Source: Lophium mytilinum
Lineage: Eukaryota
Length of the DNA: 64,000 bases
Direction of reading: 5' to 3'
Assembly: GCA_010093605.1 (NCBI GenBank)
Contig: MU004184.1
Location: forward strand, 1,994,801-2,058,800
Under the pieces are notes generated by a model that was given only the letters and a program-made list of their open reading frames with translations, had not been told where the DNA came from and searched no databases. The translations under genes and the position numbers were made by a program. Positions 38,401-53,810 of the stretch are shown here, in pieces (position 1 is the stretch's first letter; each line of letters begins with the position of its first letter).

Positions 38401-40197
38401 GCACCGACGACCAACAAAGAAACGATGGAAGACATGCCAACACATACTGGCCCAACACCTGCGCCGAAATCTACGTTTGTGGAGACGAAGGCTGCTAGTC
38501 AAAACGAATCATCCCAAGGGATCGAGAGTGAAAAGTCAAAGTCACGTTCTCCGGAACTAGCCCGAGGTGGGATACTTCTTCCTTTTTCAGGCCAAGTCAT
38601 CAAGCCTATTACACGCCTCAGAATCACTCCCACTCCCTCTCCCAAACTATTGTATTTCGCCAGACTTCTCCAACCCTCACGAAACGCTCAAGATCTGGTG
38701 CAATCTCACGCTAATCCAAACACAGTGACTCCAAAACCGAGAGGAAGACCACCGAAAAAGAAACCATCTCCTCCGCCTCAAGTGGCAGCGCAACAACCTA
38801 ACAACTTTAGCCCTGTTCGAAAGCAATCCTCCGAAGACCGACAGATTGCCAATGAAATTGAAGCTGCGGAGACAAGAAAATCTTCTGAATTGGCCGAACC
38901 AAAAGTGCCTGAAACGACAAAACCAATCACGGTGCTCATGTCCGACGAGCCCTTTTCAGATGTGATGGATGTTGTGGAGCAAACAGAACCAGAAGAGCCT
39001 CAGGAGACCGCCAAGGCGGATGATATCAGCAACCGAGAGACGGCCGAGCCAGAACCATTCCAAGCAACGCCACCTACTGCAATTGAAATGAACTACGAGT
39101 CTGAAATAGATGCATTGGATGATGTAAAGACACCAGTACAGACACCGCCAGTAGTAACTGGGAAAGTCAATCCGACGACAGCTGGCGCACAAGAGTCGAA
39201 CAAATCTGATTCGGAGTCCGAGTCCGAGTCTAGTTCCGACCCCGAATCTGAGGAAGAAGAGGAAACCACCAGGCCTGTGGCCGCCAAGCCGATGACAGAC
39301 GGCGCAGAAGATTCTTCTGACGTAGAAGAAGAGAAAGGACCGACAAAGCCTGGGCAAGCGTCTTCGCAACCTGCCCGGAAACCAGCTCAATTCGTGTCCC
39401 AAACCTCCTCCGAGGTCTCTTCTAGCGATGCCGACGATGAGTCCGACGAAGAGAGCTCCGACGATGAGGAACTCGCAGTGATTAGCAATGCCGAAGTCCC
39501 CGCCGCCGCCGACGAGGACACAGAAATGAAAGACGCGGACTCGGTTCCTCCATCGTCTCCGCCAGAGATACCCACCCAGCCCAGGGAACCAAGCAAGAGC
39601 TCCAGTCCTTCATCCAGCGCATCATCCAGCGAGGACGAGAGTAGCGACGAGTCCACGCCCGTCCCTACACGACCGTGGAGTACCAAGAAGTCCAACCAAG
39701 CATCCTCATCCTCGCAGGAGCTCGGCTCGCCACCCCAGGACTTGAAACGCCCCGCCCTTCTCTCAACATCCAAGGTCCCCCTACCACCGCCCAAGACTCT
39801 CCCGCCAGAGCTCAAAAAGGGTTCCGCAACTACCCCCAAACCCCCACTCCCACCCCAACGCTCCACCCAACCATCCTCCAGAGCTCCCGTCCCTGCGCCA
39901 ACACCAATCCCCCGCCCGCCCAACCGCACCCGCGTCTCCGCGCAGAGCTTCCCTAGCATCACAGAGCAGCTATCCCGCGTCCGCTCGACCCCGAAACCAG
40001 AGCCGAAACCGTTCAACCTCGCGACATCAAGCCTGAAGCGGATCAAGAAGAGCGGTGGGAAGGCTGAGAGCGGGGACGAGAGCAGTTCGGAGGAGAGCAG
40101 TAGCTCGTCGAGTAGTGAGAGCAGTGGGAGTGAGGATGGGAAGTCGCCGCCGCCGAAGCCGGGGTTGTTTCGGATGTTGGGGCTGTTGAATCGGTGA
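35412..40197 (+). CDS. Large low-complexity protein with a Net1/Tof2/Dnt1-like N-terminal domain, Zn2Cys6-like motif and AT-hook
   Basis: Intron 35609-35666 joins MRLIVQVLP...KFTIPV...YKRNY to IKKIQDAYNCDLDLGDTVGAIF, which resembles the Cdc14-binding N-domain. Also CDTCHARKEECDGKEPCSYCVKNGLGPC, PRGRPPK and Ser/acidic tracts. Confidence 0.75.
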
Positions 40198-42354
40198 CTA
40201 GGTTGCTAGCACTGTGAATGATGGGTTGATTAGGGGTCTCGATAGGAGAGGCTGTGGTTGTTTTGTTGATGAGGCTGGTATGGAGTTGGTTGGCACTTGT
40301 TGTGGTGGATGGAAATGGGGTATGATGTTTCTTGCATGCATATTTTGCTGTTTTGTCGGGCGTCAGTTGCTCAGCTATTTGAGCTTCTCACTTCCGATTC
40401 GACGTCGGTACTTGGCCAAGACGGAGTTTATGCTGGAAGCAGCGGTCGCTGTAGATACCTCGCGGGGCCTTTTCGCAAAGATGACCTGGCGAAGAGCGCG
40501 GTTACAAGGAGGTTTTGTCATACAGTGTGGCTACAAGGGGACTTCTAACGACTTGTTGATAGTAGAGTTGAGGTGTATATTCAGATCGGATCGAATCAAA
40601 TACAGCAACAGGATAGCACCGCATCTATCTCGACTACTTGTGACATGCTACTCTTTTCCTAGGACCTGCATGTCAACTTGCAGTTGCACTTGCGGTGCTC
40701 CCGCTAGAGGCGGTGAGCGGCGTCGTCTAAGGTGATCAGGTTAGGTCTAACTAATTCTACGTAACGTAACCATTCTCAGCTTGTTCGGGTTCTAGTTAGT
40801 ATGTTCATAATAAGACGCTCGCGGGTGGGAAGGACATGTGCAATCGCGAGCCCGATAGGTGGAGGTAGAGTGGGGTCTGCTAGGTTTAAATCAAGTATGA
40901 GCGTTTGAGGATTTAAATAGGGGTATCGTCGTAGTCAGAAGCATTAGAATGCACCTCTTTGGACTGACGAGATCTTGGGTGGCGCGGGCGAGGATACGAG
41001 GTGGGAGTAATGGGAGTAATGGGAGTAAAAGTAGTCATGGGAGAACAAGCAGTATAACGAGTGAATGTAGTAATAGGAGTAATACAGTGCCTTGCTAGAA
41101 TTCTAGGCACACTCGCTCACGACCGCCTGAGGTGCCTCAGCGATTTATGCAAATCCTAATAAGGTGTAAAGGCCTCGGGAACTTGAGCCAGAAAAATTCC
41201 ATGCGCTTACAATTGCCTCAGTTGGCTGTTATTTGTGGTGCTTCGACACATCATCATCATACCAGAAAATATGGAAAGACGACGCGCACGATTTTGCGTC
41301 CTAATGCAGTAGGATGAAGAGGTGATGAGTGAGGAAGGTCGGGGGCAGCTCAAAATCACGACACAGACACACCCAAGCCCTCTATTGCAAAACTCCACTT
41401 TCAAAACTGTCCACTCGCTTCATTTCATCCCCAATTACTCTACAAACCGGCGCCGCTGCCTATCCACCCCCGTCCTCGTCTCCGGGTAGTAGAGTCCTTG
41501 AAAGGCCCAGAATCCGGTCGCCAGCCCAGCACAGCCCAAGCTTCATCATACACTGATACAAAAACACACCTCCCAGATCTCGCGCTTGCCACTATGGCGT
41601 TCCCCTCCCTTTACCAGCCTAGCCCATCGGCGTGCTCAACCGCCTCGCAAACTTAAGAAATCTCAGTCTCCAAAAAAAAGGAACCACCGCTTTAGTTTTC
41701 CGCCCACCCCTCACAATGGTTCCGACCCGACCGCAACATGGAGGAAGTGAGAAAAGAACACCGGTCCAATGCAGGTAAAGAAGAAAAGTAAGAAAGCTGA
41801 AAAGCCCGTACCAGGGAATTTCTCAAGAGAAAGGAGACCTCCAATTAGGCTTCCTCGTGTATTGCGCGGAGGAAAAATCTACCCGCGCTTCCCAATATGC
41901 CTGCCCGCGTGCCAGCCCTGAGTCCCACCCACTAGTCTGTCCACCGCGCTTAAGAGAAAGCAATCGTGCACCAAGAGCCAAAAGCCCGCTCCCAAATGAA
42001 TCAAGGAAATTTGTATTTGAATTAAAGATCACGCCTTTAACGTACCTTAGGATGAGACTTGTGGTCAAGGCCCAAACACCAATGCTGGATTGAGACCGGT
42101 GAAAAGCTCCCAACGCCAGTGACATGCAGTGGAATGCAGAGTAGATAGAAAGAGTTTGGGTTGAACCGGATGATACGTGGTGACCAACAAACAAATGAGC
42201 CAACGGCGAGGATTTGCGAACGCTGTATCCGCGCTTTTTCGGTGACAAGAATGATTTGATCCAATAGTGAGGTCCGGAAACCCAGACGAAAGCAGAAGCT
42301 GATTCGACGAATACCAGAATTATCGGGATTGAAGGCGAAGAGTGAGATGAGGAC

Positions 42355-45300
42355 TTAGTTGAGGAAGCCCTTGCAACCCACGGAGCCACAGAGACAGGGA
42401 ATCCGGTCCGTACTGTCAATCTCGCGCTCGAACTTATAGTCGTAGGTGAGCTCCTCGTCTGCGAAATGTGTTAGAAATGTTCAAGCACGATATCGGGCCC
42501 CGGAAATGAATGAAATGTAAGCCTTACTCTTAGCAATGTCCCTTAGAGCGTAGATCACAATCCGCTTAGTCCCGTCCACCCTGATAATCTTCGCCGTACA
42601 ATTCGGTGTACAGCTATGATTGATGAACCGCGCAATGCCACCCATCTTAGTGGCGTCAATGACAGTGTCTTCATCGATCCTGAAGAGATAACTGCTGCCG
42701 ACACCTTGCAAGTCGTACTTCTTCTCTCGCAAGTCTGCTACTCGCTGCCGTACTTTCTCGCCGACATACTCAATGATCATGTCGTTGATGGCAATGTTCT
42801 CTTCGGCGTACAGACCCCAATTGTGAATGGCAGACCGGTCAAATTTGACAAGCTTCTTCCGTTTCTTGAGCTGGTTGAAGCGCATGGCGTCACCCTCGGC
42901 ACTCATCTGCTTCTGGGTATTGATGTCATTAACCAAACGGCGGTTGTTAGCACGATTAGAGCGAGAAGAGGCAGTCGAAGCGATCTTAGCAACCGCAGCA
43001 AGTTTAGCAGCAGCAGCAGTTTCGACTGCCGCGGCCGGGTCATTGTTTGCGCGGGCTTCGCGTTCTTCTCGGGCCTTTTGGACGCGAATGCGATGAGGCA
43101 GGTATTTCGACTTCTCGGACTCGAGGATTTTCTTGACGCCTTCGGTCCTGGCGCTACCGGTGGAGTTCTGGACGAAGTAGCCTTCGATTTGTGTCTCGGT
43201 ATGGACCACGCCCTTCTGCCCTTGTCGGTTGAGTGTCTTGATTCCCTTCTGCTTCCATGCCCAAAGATCGACGTCTCCCAGATTGGAGATAGGCTCTGAT
43301 TCTAGTGCTTGCCGTAGGAACTTGAGATCTTCGTCATCTTTGAGCATGTGTTGCCATCCGTCAATGTCCAGCACGACGCTGAAATCATCCTCAACCGTTC
43401 TTCGTGGCTTGTCAGCTGAAACACCCCATTCGACCTCTGCCCGTTTACCGTCCGCGGGTGGTTCAAAGACCTCGATTTCAGGTTTGGGCTCTTCGGCAGC
43501 CGGTGTTTCCTCTTCCGCTTCAGCTGGCTGGGTGTCTTCGCTGGTAGCCTTCGCTTCTGCTTTGAGAGCTTCGCGTTCCTCAAAGATTTGTTTCTTAGTC
43601 TTCTTCTTTTTCGTCGGCTTTTTCTTTACATCCTTGGCAGAATCATCAAGCTCGATTGTGAGAGCAGGCTCGCGCGCGCCTTCATCCTCGACTCGAATAT
43701 CCACGATCGTCGGTATATCCTTCGAATCCGGTGCATCATGACTGATACCAAAGAAGAGAGCATCCGCCTCCTCAAATGTTCTCCGAAGTTTGCGTGCTCC
43801 TTTGAGTGCTCGATCGGCCTTCTTCCAGATTGGCGAGGATCTCGGAAGGATAGCTAAGACCTGCTCAAGTTCCTTCTCGGCCATATCCTCGGGATCCTTG
43901 TCGATGAGATGGGCGAGGAGACTTCGAGCATGAGAATCGTCCATCATCTCATCATCACTTTCTTCGCCCCATCCAGCATCCAGTCTCCGTCGTTTGGCAC
44001 GATGTGCTCTTGATGAGGGTTCTTCATCTTCAATATCTGAAGAAACAGCGCGGCTGAGCGGCCTACTTTCTTGCTCTTCAGTGTCCCGAGTGAAAGAACT
44101 TCGGCCTTCGTCGTCTGAGTCCTTCTCGTCGTCATAGAAGTCCAACATCTGGCGATGCAATCCCCTAACCACATTACGCTTCTGGGGCAACTTCTTGCGA
44201 CGTTCATCCTGGAAAACATTGGTAACCTTCGGCATCCTACGTCCACGGGCGATGTTATGATCGTGTGGACCAAGGGCCTTCCGGCCAAATCGGCCAAAGC
44301 CATGTGCTCGTGAATCTGGCGTTCCATTTGGCGTAAGGCTTCCTGTGCCAAAGGAGATTGTAGGCTGCATGGCCTCTTTGCTCTGGGGATCTGCAATTCC
44401 GAACTTCCTCCTTTTCGCAACGTGGCGCTCCGGGTCTAAAAAGTCGAAGAGTGCAGGCCCGGCTATCCTAGCTTTGATATCGCCCACCACTCGATCGCGA
44501 AGCTCTTGCCTTAGCAGATCAAGTGCGGCAATCACGGGGTCCAGGTCTTCTGCTCTGCGTTTCTTTTCGTACTCCAAATCCAATTCCTCTTCCTTGACGA
44601 GCCGTTCCTGTTCTTCCCGCTCGCTCTTCTCTGCGGCAGCCCGTTCTGGGCTAGGACTGCGTTCGTAGTTGGGATTCCCGTACGGTTGAGCTTCCATGAC
44701 CATGGTGTACGTGAACAGCTGTGATCCCGCACAGTCTTTTGCGCAACGCATCGTCTCTTCCTCTCCTCTTCTCGAATCGTCGAACACAACGAAGTAGCCA
44801 GTTTCGTCCACCCTCACATCTCGCCAATCGTAAGTCTTTAGCCGCTTTTTCAAGTGTGGTATTGTCGTCCCTAGTACCGGCACGTATCGATGTGCAATGA
44901 ATATGTAGGGTTTCCGCTTGATTGTTGGCAAAATCGGAGTTTTCTCTAGAAGAGCGTGCGCTGCGGGTTTGGGTAGTGCTGCAAGGCGAGGCCCTTCTGG
45001 GGGTCGCATACCACCACCCTTCCCAGATGGTCCCTTGGGGACATTTGGTGGCAGATCAAATACGGTGGCTGTGGGAGTGCTAGCTGCAGGAGCAGTCGAG
45101 GTTTTCTGTGTGGCGTACAGCTTCTCTTTCTCTTGCCGCTGACGCTCTAAAGTGGCTTTAATGAGACGCTGGCACTTACGCCCTTCGCGATCCAGCTGTA
45201 TCTTAACCTGTCGTAGACCAATGCGCTCATTGTTGCCCTCCCTCTCCGCTCGCTTAGCGGCGTCAGATGCTTTGACCGGGGCCACCCCCCGCATCGGTGT

Positions 45301-46396
45301 ACTGTCCTTGTACCGAACCAAACAGATTCCAAGGAAGCTTCCAGTGCCAGGATCGGTCTGGTTTTTCACCTCTGAGACCTCGCCGTAACCTCCTAAAAAT
45401 GCCTTCAATTGCGACTCGGGCAGAAGAGGGTCGAACCCGGCGACAAGCACCTGTGTCGCAGGACCGGGCCCGACGGATATGTGAGGGTCGAAAGCGTAGG
45501 GCTTCAGCAGGTACGGAGCCAAGCGGACTTTAGTTTTCATTTTCTTAGCATCATAGTTCCCAGAAGAGTAGCCAGGAATTGCCAAACGGGGGTCTGGAGG
45601 CGGTATCGGGTCGTCCTGCAGCGCGAGTCGAGTTAGCGTCACAGGACGACCAATGTTTGGGGAACAGTATCTGATTGTAGGAAGCCCCTCGACATACCTG
45701 GCTAACACCGAACTTTCTGTACCGAGGTTGCACATCGCCTCGTAGCTTCCGCTCGTGCCTTGGCAGGTTTTGTAGTTTGTGATCGAGCAGAGGGTCGTAG
45801 GCAATCTTTTCGCCCTTTTCCTCGCCAGGCCCGGGGCGCGCTTGTGCCCTCTCATCGGGAGGGGTGTGGACGGGTGTCATCGTCTCGGAGACATTTTGGG
45901 GAAGGTCAGCAGGGTGCGCGACGTAGGCGGTAGAGGACGCGTGAACAGCGCCATCGGCGGGCTTCATCGAGCGCGGGCTCAGCGGCTTGCCAGGTGGGGA
46001 GGAATCGGTATTGGTCAAAGGAGTGAGAGCGTGGAGAGCAGAATTCTGGCCAGGATAGGACATGGCGGATTGGCTGTTTGAGAAAACAGATGAGACAGTG
46101 CTGGCGAGAGAACTAGCTGAGCCAATACCGTTCAATAGGTCGCCGGAGCCGCTTTCATCTTCGTCTGGCGGGGTTGCGGTATGTTTGTCGTGTGTCGCCA
46201 GGGCGTCACTGGTCTGGCTATACCGCGAAAGGCGTCCACCTGCTGTTGATGGTGGCGAGTGAGATACGACGGACGAGTCCGCCCGGTGCGAACCAGCCCG
46301 TCTCGAATCGTGGTCTCGGTTCGTGCGCTGCTCAGCAAGTGTCGAAGGGGCATGTGGTGAAAAGTCGGCGAAAGAGCCCGTCGAGGCGCGCGACAT
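42355..46396 (-). CDS. SET1: Histone H3K4 methyltransferase, 3 exons
   Basis: [14 protein letters not shown] start, RRM-like region, n-[13 protein letters not shown] motifs [35 protein letters not shown], post-[16 protein letters not shown]. Confidence 0.97.
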
Positions 46397-47742
46397 GCTC
46401 TGAACCACGTCTACCTGGAGCGCGTCCAGTGTGCCACCATCTCGCTGGGGCGCCAGACAGAGAGAAGCAGGTATAAATGTGGCAGAGGGCGACAGGCGGA
46501 TGGGGACAGAAACAATGTGTCGAGAACGCGGTGGTGTGGGGATGGGAGCCGCAACGCGAAGAGTTCACGAAACGTGCCCGGGCCCAGAGGACGCGCAAGG
46601 GTCGCCGTAGGAAGGTGAAGGTGAGGAGGTGAATGAGCGGAAGATGGCGAAGCGAGCAGATAGGACTGCTTGGGTCGCGGACGGCTGGGCGGCGTCTTTG
46701 GTGGAATGCACGATGGAAAGGGAGGTCGAAAGCATGGGCGGCGTTCCGCCAAGGCTTTCGAGGACAAAAGACTTGCCCCGGCCTCCTAAACACCACGCTC
46801 CTCGCAACAACATGCACACAGCCTCGATCAGCTCTACACACCCTGTTCATCAGCGCGCAGCAGTCCGGAATCCCCGACACATTGTCCTTTGCGTCCGCCA
46901 ACTCCCGCGGTCGCTCTGTATACCAGCCCAACCGCACCGTTGCGGAGAAGAGCCCAACGACGTCCTATACGCATTTGAGAGATGCGCAATCACTACAAAT
47001 ATATACTGGAACCCATGTCATTTAGGACGTTCACATTTGCGAGATGCGATTTTGGGTCTCTCACGTGAGCTGACGCTTGCGCTGACTAGGCGGTGATGAC
47101 AATAGATGCAGTCGTACCACGTAGGGATACAGGACTCGCGGTATTTATTGGTTGAGCAACTAATATACAGGCGCTGGATTCGCTGCGGTATTGGATCCGA
47201 TGGGCTCGCGATGAGCAGATGGGAGATACTGATGCTAGGGACGGACCATGCCGCTACCGGCTCAGCGGGTATTTCAGGCCTTGCAAATGGGATTTCAAGA
47301 GAATAGATGAACATGGACTTGTCGGAGGACATAAGGTTGCCTACATTGTCTCTGTGGACTGCCTATAACGAAGCGACCGACCAAGAACCTCGCCGCTCTA
47401 AATATTGGTGAATCGGGATTTCGGTCATGGAGATACAACAAGAGACCTCGCCAGGCAAGCGTGGTCTCTTCGACGCGAGCAACAACGAAGCTGTGCTTTG
47501 TATACTTGGTGCTGAGGACGGCTGTCAGACTTCCAATGCACTCGCGCGCCGCAATACACGCAAGGCATGCTAGGAAAGCAGATGGCTGTTGATATTCAAA
47601 CCATGGGCATTGCTGCGTATAGCAAGAGTCAGATGCACTGCTCAGGCAGGGGATATAGACCGCCATCCCATCCCAACGCCGATTTTAGTCACCAAATGCG
47701 TCACTAATGGACGCTTCACCAACTCAGTCCATCCCGCAACCC

Positions 47743-48589
<847 letters not shown>

Positions 48590-49007
48590 ATTGAGTTACA
48601 GGGTGTAGCGATGGGTAGAACTGTGGCTCGGTTTTAGAGGCTGTTCGTGGGATGGCTAGTCAAGCTGTATAGAGAGATGAAGTTGTGGTGGGGGGAGAGG
48701 CTCTTGGGCTGCCCCACATCAGCCTTGCAAGGATGGTCACGTAGTCAACGGGCGAGATCCCAAGCGGAGATATCGAGGCAGATCGCTCAAAGTTATGCAG
48801 AGACAGATATGAATTCATTGAAGCATTGGAAATTCATATTCCGTGTGCCGAGCCGTGCTAGCTAGACCCTTCCATTTTTACCTCCACCAATCCAAAGCTA
48901 ACCGGAGAAATCAGCAAACACCTCGAATTATTCCGTGATACAAATGAACACCCTGCCCATAACCAGCCGAGCAAATTCTACAGACGCCGTATCCTCATGC
49001 CCGCCGC

Positions 49008-51401
<2,394 letters not shown>

Positions 51402-53810
51402 GGCGAGAGTGATGAGAGGGGGTTCGTGGGCGTTATTCGGTAGCGATCGTAAGGTTCGTGGGACAGGCTGGACAGCAGGAGAATGGGAATTGGAGACAGA
51501 AACAGTGGGCAATAATGGGGTTGGCGGGATGGGGTACCAGTTGTTGATGTTTTATAGCTGTCCTCAGCCAAGCCAGCTGCACTCCACAGAAAGCAATCGA
51601 TTCAGCTACTAGCTCGCCGCCCCTGCTGCGAGGGCATGGGGAGGCGGTCAAGTGGCGTCGTATTGAAACCACCGCGGGCCACAGACACGCCCTTCCACCG
51701 CTCTCTTTTCTGTCCTCCTAGGAAGCCCACGCACGCCTTGACGGCAATTCTGCTGCCACTCCGTCACCGCAGCGGGCGAGGAGCACAAGGTGGCACTCGT
51801 CTAGCGCCGCCCTGTCCGTTGGTTCCTGGCTGTAGAGACTTTCCCAGGGATCTGCGAGGCGCAGTCCTGCAAATATAGCATCACTAGGCACAAAGAGGAT
51901 TTCGTCCAGAGCCGCCTCCTCCGAACCGTCTTTCACGATGCGATAAACAGATTCAATAGATCCAGCCTCGTACCACCGGATCGCGGCAGATGCTGTTGTA
52001 GCTAGTGCTCCGCCGCAGCTGTGGTGGTCGTTGCTCTGGAAATGCTTGCGAGCCTGAGGAATTTGCTCCCCTGAGACATGCACCAAATGCTCCAAGACAG
52101 CGTCAGCAAAGGCGATCCCACCGGGATACTGCCCTCCTCGAGGGACGTCCTCCGCAAACCAATATATCGCTCCCGTCGCATGGCAGATCGCACGCATGCA
52201 CTCCTGCACATCCGCTGCCGTCGTCGCCATCGACACCGTTGAAACTGCCCGCCGCTTGGCACGCCCGCTCCGACACTGAAAAGCGGCTGACGAAGGCTGA
52301 GGAATGTCTCCTGCTTCTGTACTGTTCCCCTTCCTTCGTCGAGGATCGTGGCTTCGTGACGGTGAGCTTAGCGATAAGGTACTCTAACTATTACGCTTAT
52401 TTCTGACGGCGCTCGTGATTCACGGCGGTGGACGTCGAAGGTGGGTGGTGGCGTTCCCCGGTTCGGTGAGCACTTGGTCGTCAGAACCTAGGGACAGATA
52501 TCAGCGGCAGGCTAGTATCAGCCAGACCTCAGCTGAAGCCTTCGGTTACCTGCCCAACAGAAGAACTATATCTTACACGTGGCTAGGTAGAGTCTTAGAC
52601 CACCTTCTCTGCACCCTCACTAACCGAAAGCTTATCACGACCTGACAAAGGCTGTTCAGCTCTTGAACCAATTTAGTTCACGTTCGAGGCGATGATTACT
52701 CAGACACAGTGTATACATTCATTAGCAGCACCAGTACAGTATCTAGGTGCCTCACTCGGTTCTTTTCCAGAAGTTTCTCTCTTGCTCTCTATACCCCAGA
52801 ACGGAGACGTCGACTCAAACCTCTAGTGCGAATAAAGCCAGCGTAATGAGTATACCGATCTAGTCAAATTAAAAAATGGACTCCCTACGTAGGAATCCCG
52901 CATATCATATCGACACCGTCGTTTCATTTGATATTTAGCTCACTCCCTCTTTTCTCGATAGCTTGAGGTGTACAACACGTAATAATTAGGAGGGAGCGAC
53001 GGAACTCCAATGCTGGCTAGAGCTTCCATCTTGGGTAAGTCACGTGACTGTAGTCCCAATTGGGGATACCCTCTTGGCAACCATATCCACCTGCAGTTTT
53101 CAACCCTGCGTAGAGCTCTCCTGGTCTCCCCGGTGAGGAAAACTCTAAAAGTTTTGCGAAACCAGCCTCTCTAAGATGTGCGTATCGTAAGTTGTCTTCC
53201 CAAAAGAAATCATTCCTAGTCAACTGGAATGCCACCAAGCGGAAGCATCGAACTGTGCTACGGAGTGTTCAAATCATTGCAATGTGAATACGATTTTTCT
53301 GGAAAACGGTCTATGAGTAAAACAGAGTCGGAGCGTGTTGGTTGGCCTAATCCTGATGATGCATGCAGAGGCGGAGGATCCCTTGGTGCTCGGTGGTCCA
53401 ATTGGAACGACGGCCATTTCCGCGTCACTATATCCGACATCGTACAACTAATACACAAGAAGGCTCAGTATCTGTGACGAGGCGGAGCTGTTGATCATTG
53501 TGTCGCAAGACCCCGCACAGAAGTAGATTGATGTTGAGCTCTATGTCCTCCAATTCTCGTAAACCTTTGATCTTATCCATTATTCTGTTTCTGGTGTCTT
53601 GTTCATAGCTCTAACATACTAGGTTTTGGGCGTCTACGGACATATCTCAATACAACCTATCGAACTTTGACATCAGAAGGCAAATCGGACCCTCGGTTAG
53701 CGCGTCGCACTACGATTGCATCATCCCCGGTCGCTTCAGTCATTCACCCTGCCTTTGGTTTCCTCCAGGAGCTTTGATTTCCTCCGGGAGCTTTGTTTCA
53801 CTCCTATATC

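Noticed and set aside
40214..42350. ORFs and a GGGAGTAAT x3 repeat between the convergent Net1-like and SET1 genes
   Set aside because: Low-complexity 3' UTR/intergenic sequence with non-protein-like translations.
51718..52236. 172-aa minus-strand ORF upstream of GFA1
   Set aside because: No recognisable motif and it overlaps the probable GFA1 promoter; I cannot support it as a gene.
53017..53477. Short ORFs that might be a gene remnant
   Set aside because: No recognisable homology or consistent splice model.
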